A stretch of 64,000 nucleotides of DNA from Minutocellus sp. GHC0000111 (lineage: Eukaryota): positions 4,526,001-4,590,000 of the forward strand of contig OZ361257.1 of NCBI GenBank assembly GCA_977018835.1, read 5' to 3'. Numbering within the stretch: the first letter of the stretch is position 1; each line of letters starts with the position of its first letter. Position numbers and translations under genes: made by a program. This document shows positions 36,360 through 48,138 of the stretch, one piece after another. The notes under the pieces are model-generated. The model was not told the DNA's origin. It made no database searches and saw only the letters and a program-made list of their open reading frames with translations.

Positions 36360-38360
36360 ATGAGCGCCATGAACGTTGAAACAATACGAGATGCCATCCA
36401 TGAGGGTGCACCCATCTACAACAAGGGAGGACATGCCGAGTGCCTCGAGATCTACCTTGCAGCTGCTCGAAATCTCCAACAGAATCTCGATGGGAAAGAA
36501 ACTCTCCTCGATGCCGCCATCATTGAAGCATCGGAGCTGCAAGTTGCCAAGAAATATTCGGACGGTGCTTGGGTATTGCGACATTGCTTCGACCACATTC
36601 TCGCTAATGAACGGGAACGCATCCGCCTCGCCGAGGCCATGCCGACCAGAGGCTTTGGCGCAACAGTTGCTATGGACGGTAGCGATTCCAATTCGTCCAA
36701 GTGGCAAGACGAGAAGGAGGGCGCAACGACCGACTTTGAGCTTGGTCAGAGCCTTGCGGATACGGCGCACATCTTGAAGCGCTCCCTTCGACCAGGAACA
36801 CATCGATGGGTTGGGAAAATCTACGACGAGACATTCGAGGGCCATGAAGCTGTTGACATCCTCACTTCTTTGGGATTATCGCCTAGTCGAAAATTGGCAG
36901 TAGAAAAGCTTGACAAACTTCGACGCGCTGGATTCCTTGTCTCCGTTTCCCATCCAAAGGAGACCAGTTTCCGTGATGGCAGCCGCCTGTATCGTATAGC
37001 ATCTCGTGATGAGTTGCAATCATCCCTTGACGAGGTTATGCAGCACAAGGATGTTTCGGTTGATGGCAGTCCTCAGCATATTAGCATGGCCGCTCTATCT
37101 GCAGCGCTGGAAGATCCCGAATACTCTCCCGATCACGACAGTGACAATCGCGACAGTGTGTTCGCGGGTGTGCGAACTCGTAGACTTTCACAGATCCCGG
37201 AGGCCCTCGCCAGCGAAGAGCAGCATAGAGGCAGTGAACTCGCTTCGTTTTGTGCTCAGGCCTCTACCATCGTCGAGGTCGGTGAGCACACATATCACCT
37301 CAAGAAGTATGAAGACTGCTTCGTCGGGAAAGACGCTGTCACGCAACTGGTCAATTCTGGCCTCGCCGAATCGAGGTCAGATGCGACACAGCAGCTGAAT
37401 GCTCTGACTGAGGCTGGTTTGATCCACCATGTTCTTCGCGAACATGCATTCAAGGACGAGAACTTATTTTATCGTTTTTCATCGGCAAACGAAATCAAGG
37501 ATTCACTTGAAGCATTCGATTCTCTTGGACGGACGGCAAGAGGACCCAACCTGATTCAACGATCTGCACTAGTGAACAGATTCAAGGATGTCGCTGGAAC
37601 TCTCAATATTTCCAGCATATTGAATGATTTCTATGGCTGCGAGGATGAAAGTGGATGGGATATGTCTGATTTGAACAATTGGCGAAAGAACATGAAAAGA
37701 TGGGGCTTTGGCAGACAGGAAGATCAAGATGACGAGATGGTGAAGCGTCTCTCGCCACTCTTGCTGACCGTCGATCCCGAGAAATGGGATGTTACAGGAG
37801 ATCCGGAATGGGAATCTCCTTGGGGAATTTTGGCTCAGATTGCTCTGTTTGATCAAATCAGTCGGTCTGCTTTTCGCGGAACGCCTCGAGCCTTTGCCTG
37901 GGATGAGCTCGCCAAGAGAGCCACAAAAGTTGCGCTCGAGCGTGGCTATTTCGAGACGGCATACAAGTCAACGCTGAACCAATTCGTTCTTCTGTTACCT
38001 TTGGAGCATTCGGAGGATTGGGAGGACCAAAAGCTTGGTGTAAGTCTTCTACTTTCACTTCTTAGTACCGTTGCCGTGATCGACGAGGGCTATACCGATT
38101 ATGAAATTGTCAAGCGTCTGGAATTTTCGAAGCGTTTATCAGTTGCCTTTCTGGAACATGCTCAGGTCATTGCCAAGTTTGGGAGATACCCCCATCGAAA
38201 TCGTGCTCAGGGCAGGCATACTACATTAGAGGAGCGGATATGGCTCGCCAGTGACCTCGTGCCAAGATGGGCCAAGTCTCAGAATCCAGAGGACCAGAGC
38301 AAGCTCTCCAGAGCCATCCCTACGTACACGATCCCTCTCAAGAAGCTGACGAGAAGGTAG
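36360..38360 (+). CDS. multidomain protein: N-terminal helical domain + two DEP domains + DUF924
   Basis: DEP-like segments HRWVGKIYDETFEGHEAVDIL..FRDGSRLYR and HTYHLKKYEDCFVGKDAVTQL..HVLREHAFKDENLFYRF. DUF924 motifs LFDQISRSAFRGTPRAFAWD, LLPLEHSE, HAQVIAKFGRYPHRN. Confidence 0.85.
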   Translation: MSAMNVETIRDAIHEGAPIYNKGGHAECLEIYLAAARNLQQNLDGKETLLDAAIIEASELQVAKKYSDGAWVLRHCFDHILANERERIRLAEAMPTRGFGATVAMDGSDSNSSKWQDEKEGATTDFELGQSLADTAHILKRSLRPGTHRWVGKIYDETFEGHEAVDILTSLGLSPSRKLAVEKLDKLRRAGFLVSVSHPKETSFRDGSRLYRIASRDELQSSLDEVMQHKDVSVDGSPQHISMAALSAALEDPEYSPDHDSDNRDSVFAGVRTRRLSQIPEALASEEQHRGSELASFCAQASTIVEVGEHTYHLKKYEDCFVGKDAVTQLVNSGLAESRSDATQQLNALTEAGLIHHVLREHAFKDENLFYRFSSANEIKDSLEAFDSLGRTARGPNLIQRSALVNRFKDVAGTLNISSILNDFYGCEDESGWDMSDLNNWRKNMKRWGFGRQEDQDDEMVKRLSPLLLTVDPEKWDVTGDPEWESPWGILAQIALFDQISRSAFRGTPRAFAWDELAKRATKVALERGYFETAYKSTLNQFVLLLPLEHSEDWEDQKLGVSLLLSLLSTVAVIDEGYTDYEIVKRLEFSKRLSVAFLEHAQVIAKFGRYPHRNRAQGRHTTLEERIWLASDLVPRWAKSQNPEDQSKLSRAIPTYTIPLKKLTRR

Positions 38361-39687
38361 AGTGTAAGCTCGAGAAAATCTTTCAATAAGTTTGCGTAGA
38401 CCTTATATTTTGGTAGAAATCTGCTCTCATTAATGCCATCATTGCGAACTACGACGCCTCGAAGTGTTTTTATCGCATTTTGCTTCCGGTCGCCGCCCTT
38501 CTTGCTCGTCGCACTAACGAGAGAGCAGCCTTGACACCGGCAGCATATCCCTTGGCTTTCTCTTCGTTTGCGTTGCTGTCGTCATTTGCGTTGCTGTCGT
38601 CATTCACCGCTTCCTTGTGATACTGGTGATAATCCAGCACGTGGTCCAAAACTTGCCGCTTCTCCTCCATCGTCAACGTGTGCTTGAAGTGGTTGGCCTG
38701 CTCTTCTTGCGCGGCAGCCTCCTCGTCTGCCTCCAGCACCTCGCGCATGAATTCCATCCTCCTTCTGCGCCGTTCCTCCCTAGTCCTCAGGGCCAGTCCA
38801 TATCGAAATCGCTGCACGCGCGATAGTTGCAGTCTGGATGCTACACCACATACGAGAAGAAACTCCTCTTCAACGTTTCCCCGAATCCAGCGAAGGTGAT
38901 TGCTGTGTGGTCGGCCATCAGGAATGTGTTGGGCATCCCCCCCAAGGTCGAGCTCGTTGTGCTTCCTCCACCCTCTCCGTTCATCCGCAGCAGGACGCCG
39001 ATGCAGCCGGCACCACCATCGGCCCGTCCCGTTCCCCCCAAGAAGAAGAAGAAGGCAAGCCCCCGCCCATAACCCACGACCGTAGCTGACACGGGGTCAG
39101 CTGCCGTCAAGAGTGGCAAGGTTCCTGCCGCTACACCTCCTTGTTCTGCCACTGCTGCTACCGCCACAGTCACGGTCACTGCTGCCGGTACCACTCCCGC
39201 TGCTACCGCTACCGCTACCGCTGCGAGCACGAAGACCAAGTCCATCCCCGAGTTGGGCCATCGTCGCAACTCCGATGCGTCCACGGCCACTGCCGCCGTC
39301 TTCGTCGGCAAGGCTGCCATCGACAAGAACCTCGTCCCATCGGCCGTCGCTCACCACGCCGCTGCCTTCGCCCTCCGCACTGCCACCGGTACCAAGCCCA
39401 TCGCCAAGCCACCCGCAGCGACCGGCACTCTCGGGATGGACTGGGATTGGTTGGCCAATCTCCCTGACAAGTATCTTATTCCCACCATAGCATCGAGGTG
39501 ACCGAAAAGCTTACAGCCGAGCTCGACACGCTCCTCAAGTCGCACGCCGTCGAGGTTATGGAGAGCGAGGCCAAGGCTGTAGCAAGAAAGATGACTGGGC
39601 AGGCAATGGGATTCATTATTCTCCTTTCCTCAATATATTCATTCTCATCATTCATCTATTCTTACCCTCCTTCTCTTTACTCTATAG

Positions 39688-39987
39688 GTCCAAGAGGGCG
39701 ACATCGTCACCATGTGCTCCTCGACCTTTGGCGACGAGATGTGGTCCTGCCGCGGGGCCGGACTCAGCCGTGTCCTGTCGGCCATTCGTCTGCGTGCCGG
39801 ACCGACCGTCAAGCTCGCCTTTGGAAATTCCAAGGAGGGCACCGCCAAGGCCCAGCGCAGTGCCAAGGCCGCCCAGGCCGAGGAGGCTGCCCGGGCCAAG
39901 GCCCAGGCCAAGAAGGATGCGCTTCTCGAGGAGCTGCAGAAGGACGAACAGCGATTGAAGAAGGGCAAATTCCTCGGTCTGTTCTAA
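39688..39987 (+). pseudogene. terminal exon resembling the C-terminus of a PDZ-like plastid protein, joined to unrelated upstream sequence
   Basis: Pyrimidine-rich acceptor ..CTATAG| followed by VQEGDIVTMCSSTFGDEMWSCRGAGLSRVLSAIRLRAGPTVKL and an Ala/Lys coiled coil. Confidence 0.5.
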
Positions 39988-40412
39988 GTTGTTCATTCGT
40001 GTGGTTTGGGCGGATGATCGATAGAAGGATGCTTTGGTGTGGGAATTAGGAATCTTTGGGTGACTTTGGTATTGTTGGGATGTTGAGAGAACAGGAAAGT
40101 GCAGGGTACATGAATTCTGAATCCTTCTCAAAAGGAAAAAGAGAAAGTGCTGATGGAACGATGAAGGCCTTGGTCTATATTGCATGACGAATCAATTTGT
40201 TATTGGTGCCTTGCCATCTGCACTACGCGCTTCTAGATGAAATGAGAGGATGAGTAAAACGAGGAGGGTTCTGCAAATTGCAACTCTGCAGATTCAGAGA
40301 AAGAAACGAAATGCCACATGCTGCTGTTCATTTGCTGCTTGCCACGAACGCACGTCAAGAGAAAGAAGGTAGGGAAAACTACATCGAATACAAAAATACA
40401 CCGTTTATAACT

Positions 40413-42770
40413 TTAGAACCTGGCTGCTGCGCCGTAGAAGACGGGCAGGCCCTTGCTTCGGGCCAGTGCTGCGCGCTCGGGATTGACTTCGACGCACTCG
40501 TATTGGATGAACTTGCGCTGCAGCAGGTCCGTCACGACCTTGCCCACGGTACCATACCCAACAACGACGACGAAGTCATCGCTCTCAATGACCTCCCGAT
40601 CCTCTGCATCTCGCACAAGGTCGACCATGTTCTCGTCACTCTTGCCCTCTTCGAGCTTGCTGGCAATCTTACCACCAACGGAGGAGAGGAAGGGGGTGAG
40701 GGCCATGGTGAGACTAACACACGTCAGCAAGAACTTGGTCTGCTGAGGACTGAGGATACCAAAGCTCTTGGCCAGACCGAAGGCGACGAAGGCAAATTCT
40801 CCGGCCTGACTAACGATGAGGGCTGTCTGCATCGACGTCGATAGAGACAGTCCAAAGGCCAAACTGGCCAGGGCGGCAACAGCAGCCTTGACGGCGAGGA
40901 TGCCCAGGACGACGGCACTGACCAGTGGCAGCTGCGAAAGGACCAGGCCAACATCGATCTCGAATCCGACGGTGACGAAGAAAAGGCCCAGCAGAATGCC
41001 ACGGAAGGGGGCAATATCGGCCTCGATCTGATAGCGGTACTTGGTCTCACTGAGAAGTACACCGGCGAGGAAGGCACCGAGGGTATTGCTCAATCCCAAG
41101 CCTTCCGTCATGAACGACATGCCAAGGACAGTGAGAAGGGTAACGCCGAGGAAGGCCTCTTGGGTCTTGGCCTTGGCGACGGTATTGAACAACGGATCCA
41201 GAACGACATGGCCAGTAAAGGCAATGGCACTCAACGCCAGGGTGGCCTTGACGAGGGCGCTGCCCAAGGCGGCACCAAGGCCGGCCCCGCCTCCGGCGAG
41301 AATGGGGGTGACAACCAATAGAGGTACCACTGCCAGATCTTGCAGCAGTAAGATGCCAAAGCTGGCCTTACCAAAGCGAGTACTGAGCTGTTCCTTGTCC
41401 TTGAGTAGCTGAAGGACGAAGGCCGACGAACTCAGCGCCAATCCGCCGCCTAGAACCACCAGAGCGTTGGCAGGAAGATTGAATGCCACCTTGCTAACGG
41501 CGGCCACTGCGGCGGCCGTGCCCAAGAACTGACTGAGGCCCAGCCCAAAGACATCTCGTCGCATACTCTTGAGACGTTCGATGCTAAGTTCGATGCCCAT
41601 CTCAAACAGAAAGAAGACGATGCCCAGTTCGCCCATCATCTCGACGTTGTGCATGTCACCGATGACGCTTAGGGCGTTGGGGCCCATCATCATCCCGGCC
41701 GCTAGGAAGCCAAAGATGGGGGAGATACCAGCCTGCTTGCACAGCGGTGTCACGAGCGCCGTGGCAAGCAGGAGGAGCATGGTGTCGGACTTGGGACCTG
41801 CCATGTACTGCTGCAGATCACGAAGGGCGCTGACCAGAGTCCGCTTGGTGGCCTCCTCGGCCGCCTTGACGGCTGCCTTGGGATCGTTGGTCGAGGTCGT
41901 GGTCTTGGCCGAGGCTGGCTTGGCAATGCCAATAGCTGCCATGGGTTCACGAGTACGAGTTGTGGAAGTGCTGGGCTTGCGCCCAATCCGGAAGGTGGAG
42001 GGTGTCGAATCGGTACCACCAGTGCCCCTCCGAGCAACTCGGGTGGTACCACCGATCTGCATTACTTCTGCACCATCACTGCCCTGAATGGCAACTCCAT
42101 CAGATGTAGAGCTGGCCATTCGCACCACTTGAGGCCTGGGCTGTTGCATTTGCATTTGACTTGCAGCATTGGCATGCATACTACCAGAAGCAGCATCAAC
42201 GGCATGCTGACCACCAAGTGCGCCCGAACTGCCCATCGTGGTGGCCAAAAACAGAGCCATGGCCGCGGCCAGATGACGCTTGCGCTTGCGAGTGGACGAT
42301 GCGATGGCACAAAGCTTGGCTCTGGCATTGGACTTGGCACTGACAAGCCTAGAGGCAATCTTTGTGGAGACTGTTGATGTCGTCATTACATGTAGGCCCC
42401 GAGTTACGCGCTGCCGAGCTGCCATTACTTTTGCAAGCATACGCCGGCGACGAGACTGAGATGGGAGTCCATAGTCGTCTTCTTCTTCGAAACTTTCAGA
42501 TTTCACAGCAAACAATTGTCGGCCAGTCGATTTGTCCTGATGGCGATTGGTGCACACTCTCGCCTGTCTTGCAGCAGCAGCAGAAGCAGCCGCCGATCCT
42601 GTTGATCCGCATAATGTCTTGGAGGTTGAAAACAGCGCATTACGTGCCGAAATAATCGACGGGCTGGTCTGACCGGCAGAAGATACTGCGACAGGATTTA
42701 CAGGCACATATGCCTGGGCCAGCGATACGCATCCGGCAAGGAATAACGCAAGAAGAAGAATCAAAGGCAT
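40413..42770 (-). CDS. plastid-type K+/H+ antiporter (CPA2, KEA/KefB-KefC family) with truncated RCK/TrkA-N domain
   Basis: Signal peptide ending AQA-YVP. Motifs GELGIVFFLFEMGIELS, FGILLLQDLAVVP, LGAFLAGVLLSET, PFRGILLGLFF and QAGEFAFV. RCK start VVVGYGTVG..PVFYG, then an early stop. Confidence 0.88.
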   Translation of the reverse strand: MPLILLLALFLAGCVSLAQAYVPVNPVAVSSAGQTSPSIISARNALFSTSKTLCGSTGSAAASAAAARQARVCTNRHQDKSTGRQLFAVKSESFEEEDDYGLPSQSRRRRMLAKVMAARQRVTRGLHVMTTSTVSTKIASRLVSAKSNARAKLCAIASSTRKRKRHLAAAMALFLATTMGSSGALGGQHAVDAASGSMHANAASQMQMQQPRPQVVRMASSTSDGVAIQGSDGAEVMQIGGTTRVARRGTGGTDSTPSTFRIGRKPSTSTTRTREPMAAIGIAKPASAKTTTSTNDPKAAVKAAEEATKRTLVSALRDLQQYMAGPKSDTMLLLLATALVTPLCKQAGISPIFGFLAAGMMMGPNALSVIGDMHNVEMMGELGIVFFLFEMGIELSIERLKSMRRDVFGLGLSQFLGTAAAVAAVSKVAFNLPANALVVLGGGLALSSSAFVLQLLKDKEQLSTRFGKASFGILLLQDLAVVPLLVVTPILAGGGAGLGAALGSALVKATLALSAIAFTGHVVLDPLFNTVAKAKTQEAFLGVTLLTVLGMSFMTEGLGLSNTLGAFLAGVLLSETKYRYQIEADIAPFRGILLGLFFVTVGFEIDVGLVLSQLPLVSAVVLGILAVKAAVAALASLAFGLSLSTSMQTALIVSQAGEFAFVAFGLAKSFGILSPQQTKFLLTCVSLTMALTPFLSSVGGKIASKLEEGKSDENMVDLVRDAEDREVIESDDFVVVVGYGTVGKVVTDLLQRKFIQYECVEVNPERAALARSKGLPVFYGAAARF

Positions 42771-43128
42771 GAACTTCCCGGCGGCGGCAGCACCACCATG
42801 GCCAGGCCTTGTGCTTCCTCGAGCAGATGATGACGGCATGACTTTTACTTTCAGGCGCGCGGAGCTTTTACATAAAATTTCGGCCCGCTTCTCTTCCAAT
42901 TCAAAATCCCTGCCGACCTTTGACGCAACCTCTTCGACTCTGAGTGCGTGGCTGTATCTATGTGTCTCCAATGTATCCTCCGGCAGGAGGAGATTCTCTT
43001 TTTGATACCGCCGGCAAAAGTGCAAAAGATGTGAGGCTCCGCGGTGACGAAACATCGGCATCTCTATTCCCGATTTTTCGTCTTTAATCCCGCAAAGTTT
43101 CGGCACAGTCTATAATTTTCAGATCAAG

Positions 43129-45094
43129 ATGGCCGCCGCACCGCCGCATGCGCTGGAGGTGACGCCGGAATCGGCCCTCCAGTTCGTCCTCACCCGCGAC
43201 GGGGAGGATACGAGCGGAGATGGATCGTCCAAGTGCACCATGACCCTCCGTCATACCGGCCAGACCACCGAAAGCATTGCCTTCAAGGTGAGTGTTTTTC
43301 AACATTGAACATGATGAATCAAAAACACAATCCATCGTGGCCCTTCATTTCGTTGGATGGTTTGTTTGTTTGCTGCGGCGATCGATTTATTGGTTGATGG
43401 TATATTTTGGCGTGGTATATGCATTAGGTGGTCAGGTGGAATTGCGGCGATGTGTTGATATATGCATAAACAAATCAAGAAGGCCGAAGGCATGACGTCG
43501 TATCTTTGGAGGGAGTGCTGTCATTTCCATTGGTAGTGTGCGTGGATGTTGTACCAGATTTTACGTAAGAGGACTTGGCCAAAAACATAACGGATCAATC
43601 GGCTATCCACCCGCATCAAGGAGAACAGTCGGTGAATGAGTCCCATGAAACAACTCGAGCAAGATACGCGGCATTTATCACAGCGCAGAAACATATCCAG
43701 CACAAGATGTGCTCGATTTGGGATCTAGCGAATTCTCGCCAGCCGATTCATTCGGCACATCTTGTGCTTGGATTCTCGTTCGAATAACTGCCTCCGACCC
43801 GACCACCGATTCCATGAGATGCGTCCCCTCAGCCTCTTTCACCTTGCATGGTGGTGGGTGACGAATTTTCGTCGCTCAGTGTTGCCGGTAGTATATGCAG
43901 CTGGCTATTAGGTGGATATTTCGAATGTTTGGGGCGAAATCGATATGCCTCGATGAGTGAAAGCCATGGACTCCTCAATTTACCGACCTCGTACCGCCGA
44001 TGGAGGAGGGACGACGATATACATGGATGGACATTGGAATGGTCTATTCTTATGGCGTCAGCAAGGGTTTGAAGATCGGAATAGGCCCTCGGTTCTCGCA
44101 ATTCAAATTATGCCCACACTTGGACTTTTCTTCTTTGTCAAAATGCATCTATATTTTTGAGAACATATCTCATAAACCGGCTGCCGTTGTTCCTCAACTT
44201 CTCCTTCCACTCCAGGTCAAAACTACCCAGCCTCGTCGATATCTCGTCCGGCCCAATCAGGGCGTAGTCAGTCCCGGCGGCACCGAAACGGTGAGCATCC
44301 TCCTCGTTGAGCGTGACAAGCAGATACTTCTCCATTCCTACGACCGCCTCGGCCAATCGGCCCTGGACCATTCCAAGGACAAGTTCTTGGTCCAATCCTG
44401 TACGGTCGATGGTAGCTTTGCGGCGAGATATGCTGCGGAAAAGGCACGGGCCGGCGGTGGTAGCAGCGATGGCAAGGTGAGCGCACTCAGCAAGGCCATG
44501 ACCGACGAGCTCACCTCCATGTGGAATTCCGCCAGCAGCAGTGGTCAGCCCATCTTCAACAAGAAGCTTCACGTTCGGCACGTGGTGGAGGGTGGGGCGA
44601 GTGCCGGTGCAGCAGCAGCCCCCGCCCCGGCAGCATCCGCCGCCTCTCCCAGCCTATCGGCCAGCGACAAGACCGTATCGCCCGAGACCATGTCCCCGCA
44701 GCAGATGCTGGCCGAAATCACCAGCCTCCGGCGCAAGTACGACGAGTTGGTCAGTTTCAGCGTCAATCTGACGGCTGAGCGGGATATTCTCAACAACACC
44801 CTCGAACAGACCAAGCGCGATTTGAACCGGGAGATGTCCGCCCGGGCCGCCCTGGAGAATGCCGGCGCCGGTGGTGGCGGACGAGGTGGCAAGGCGGCGG
44901 CCGGGAGCGCAAAGAAGGGCGGGGTTAGTATGGTCCTTGTGCTCATGATTGCCATTGCGGCGGCTCTCGGTGGTATCAAGCTTGCAAATTCTGGCGCGGC
45001 CGACTTTTTGGAGAGCGTCCCCGTACTTGGCAGCGCCCTCGACTTTGGCGAGGACGATACATCCTCCGGCGTCGTTGCCAAGGAGGAGTTGTAG
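43129..45094 (+). CDS. VAP: VAMP-associated protein (MSP domain, coiled coil, C-terminal TM); intron 43288-44215
   Basis: Spliced IAFK|VKTTQPRRYLVRPNQG (MSP/VAP signature), KDKFLVQS, a coiled coil and a hydrophobic tail anchor. Confidence 0.92.
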
Positions 45095-45339
45095 GGAGCT
45101 TTGAGAGTAATATCTTTGATCTTTGATATTGGGAGAAACTACAGTAGCTAGAGTAGGCTTGGATTACTCTACAATTGTAACATATGGATGCCCCTCCCTC
45201 ACTTCACTTATTGATTCGTAGATCTACGTAACACTCAACATTGTTCCTCCTGTCCACCGTGTGTCATTCATGCAAGTGTTCATGTGTATGAAGTCTAATC
45301 AAAACTCGCTGCACCTTCCTTACATGTACTTGTGTAGAT

Positions 45340-46014
45340 CTACTCTTCTCCACTCTCATTCTCGTTTCCCTCCTCGACGACGCCACTGCCATCGCCGACC
45401 GTCTCACTGCCATCGCCGCCATCGAGGTTGGCGCCACCGTTCCTCTCCTCCTCCATCATTCTGTCAATTCCTGACAGATCAATCCCAGCCTCTCGCTCAA
45501 GGTATGCGATTTTCATACCCTGCTTCTTCAGCTCGAAGTGGACATGGTCTTTGTTGTAACGGGCCACGATGTCACAATTTTTCTTGTTCTCCTTGGCCCT
45601 GCGTTCAGCTGCTTTGGCCCTGCGATCAGCTTTTTCGGCCTTGCGTTCAGCTGCTTTGGCCCTGCGGTCAGCTTGTTCGGCCTTGCGATCAGCTTGTTCG
45701 GCCTTGCGATCAGCTTTTTCGACCATGGTCCGGAGGGCGGCGTCACGCTGCTCGAGGCTGGCTTGCCACTCCTGCAGCTGGGCCTCGAGCAGACGTTTCT
45801 GCAGCTCGGCCTTGCGTCCGCTAGAGTCGAGACCGCGTGCCTCCAGCTCAGCACGAAGCTGGGTGACGAGGAGGGGCTCGATGCTCGAAGGGGTCGGCAT
45901 GGGGGGATGTTTCTCGAGCACGCTCCTGCCTGGGCGAGCACTGGCGAGGGCACCATCGGCCGCTGCGCCTTCGGCGGTAGAGAGGGGGGAAACAGGCCTA
46001 GGCGTGGATGACAT
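45340..46014 (-). CDS. SAP-domain coiled-coil protein (paralogue 1) with 6 x 21-bp heptad repeats
   Basis: LLVTQLRAELEARGLDSSGRKAELQKRL (SAP); KADRKAE/QADRKAE heptads at ~45595-45720. Confidence 0.75.
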   Translation of the reverse strand: MSSTPRPVSPLSTAEGAAADGALASARPGRSVLEKHPPMPTPSSIEPLLVTQLRAELEARGLDSSGRKAELQKRLLEAQLQEWQASLEQRDAALRTMVEKADRKAEQADRKAEQADRRAKAAERKAEKADRRAKAAERRAKENKKNCDIVARYNKDHVHFELKKQGMKIAYLEREAGIDLSGIDRMMEEERNGGANLDGGDGSETVGDGSGVVEEGNENESGEE

Positions 46015-46815
46015 TGTATTGTATGGTTGCTTTGCTCGGCTCGGCCAAAAACAAATGAAAGAGAGCTGCTCGGTGCGAGAGGGTGGAGGGTGACGTGCTG
46101 GCTGGAAAATTTCCAGTCAATTTTTAAGATTGCATGTTATGGCAATTTTATGTAAGATTGATGTTCTGTAGCCATCTCTTTATGTAAGATATATCGTCCA
46201 ATGCTGGCTGTTTCTTGGGCCGATTCCCTCCCGACTGCGCCGAATGCCATTTGGTTGCAAATAATAATGGGTGGCTTACCTTGAATTGCTCGGTACCGGT
46301 GCGTAACGGGGCTCTTTCGATGGTGCAGCTGGGCACTTTGGGTCCAAACGAAAGATGATGAAATGAGAAAATGCCGGCCGGCCAAAATGCGAGCGAGCAA
46401 CCCGGATGTGGATCAAGGTGGATGGAATGGATGGGACAAGGCTCGCAATGCGGTAGGCCGTACTAAATGTAGCATGTTCTATGTTCTTTATGAATGGAAC
46501 TACAAAATGTCGACTCGTAGTGTGACACGTTCGGTCCGTGTGCCGGTACATGTAGAGAGCAACCTTGACTGGATGTGGAGATCGAGCGTGTAGTGATGAC
46601 TGCATGTTCTTCTTGGCCGATGCAATCGGGCCGATAAACATCTGAATGCAACGCCCACGTAAACCAGTTGGTTGCTGCTGGCTGGAAAACACCGGCACAC
46701 CATCCATCTCCATCCATCCTTCCATCCATCCCGCCTTCCATCCATCCATCCCTCCACCCAACCAACAGTGCCTTTTGCTCGAGCCCACCCCACAAATGCA
46801 CATGACATCCGATCC

Positions 46816-47655
46816 TTACTCGTCCTCTTGTTCGCCCTTCTTCTCCTCCTCCCCACTGCCAGCCCCGGCCTCCTTCCCCTGAAGACGACGGAGCTGGGCA
46901 CGGAGGCGGAAGACGTCGTCGGCAAGGACTTCGTTCTCGGCCCGCAGATTGGCCACGTCCCGCGCATGCTGCTGCTGGAGATTGGCCATCTCCTGGCGAA
47001 GGGGAAGCATCTGACGCTCGACGGCCTCGGCAATTACGCGCAATTCCTGCTGGGCGGCAGCCTCGCAATTCGCGGCGTTCTGCTCCCATGCAGCCTCCAG
47101 GATCGCCTGGTCGTTGCTGTTGTTGCCTCCGAACGGTTGCCCCCGACCGACGCCGCACAGGTGCTCCAGCTCGCGGAGGCGCTGTTGGTGCGACCGATCG
47201 CTCTCGGTGGACAAGTCATCGCCCTCCTCCTGCTCTTCGTCCAGCTGCTCGTGTTCCTGCGAATCATCGTCTTGCGAGTCATCGTCCAGCGAGCCGTCGT
47301 CCGAGCCGGCCACCGCCGTCATCTCTCGGCGGCGGAAAGCGGCCATCTCCCGCCTGATCACACGACAGAGGCTAACGTTCCACTCCTCCTGCCGGGCCTG
47401 GAGCAGGCGACCCACCAGCTCGGCCTTGCGCCCGCCGGCGTCGAGGCCGCGGGTCTCCAGCTCGGCGCGAAGCTGAGCGACGCGGAGGTCCTCGATGCTC
47501 GAGCGGCACGGCGGAGAGGGGAGATCGAACCCAAACGACTCCAACGTGCCAGCGGCAGCGCCTGCCGCGGCAGCGCCGACGGCGAGGACACCGGAGAGAT
47601 TGCTGGCAGAGGCAGAGGCAGAAGCTGAGGAGGCAGTGGACGATGTGGAGGACAT
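46816..47655 (-). CDS. SAP-domain coiled-coil protein (paralogue 2)
   Basis: LRVAQLRAELETRGLDAGGRKAELVGRL (SAP), an acidic linker and a coiled-coil C-terminus. Confidence 0.75.
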   Translation of the reverse strand: MSSTSSTASSASASASASNLSGVLAVGAAAAGAAAGTLESFGFDLPSPPCRSSIEDLRVAQLRAELETRGLDAGGRKAELVGRLLQARQEEWNVSLCRVIRREMAAFRRREMTAVAGSDDGSLDDDSQDDDSQEHEQLDEEQEEGDDLSTESDRSHQQRLRELEHLCGVGRGQPFGGNNSNDQAILEAAWEQNAANCEAAAQQELRVIAEAVERQMLPLRQEMANLQQQHARDVANLRAENEVLADDVFRLRAQLRRLQGKEAGAGSGEEEKKGEQEDE

Positions 47656-48138
47656 TGTTGCTGGGGGGTAGTGCAATAGTCGGGAGGTCGGTTCGTTGCG
47701 ATTGTTTGATGGCTGAAGCGAAGTGAGGAGCTGCTGCAGAGCTAGCAACCTGCAAGCCTGCAAGAACGCAGATCTGCCTCGCGGCCACACCCCGAATTTT
47801 CTCCAAGGACCCGGAGACAATGAAAAGAAAGTCAAATCCACTCTCAAAAACACCTCTTTTGTTGCAATACAACGGGTGAGAAAATCCGAGGAAAATCCGA
47901 GAGAGTCAAAACGAATAAATGGAAAATGACCATCACGATCATGATGTGAAATTTATTGACTTGCATTTTTGGCCACAACCGCGGAAAAAAGGAAAATGAC
48001 AGCCATGGCGCAAGTCGACCAAGGTGAAAAATCTTGCAAACGCATTGCTTTCACCGCGTTTGCTTTTCCTTCATTTTTTGGCTCAGCCTCGGTCAGCCAC
48101 GTCTATCGTATCATAATCGAAAAGAGTCGAATTGTTAC

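Noticed and set aside
46700..46760. (CCAT)n tract as telomeric repeat
   Set aside because: Short imperfect microsatellite, not a TTAGGG-type repeat.
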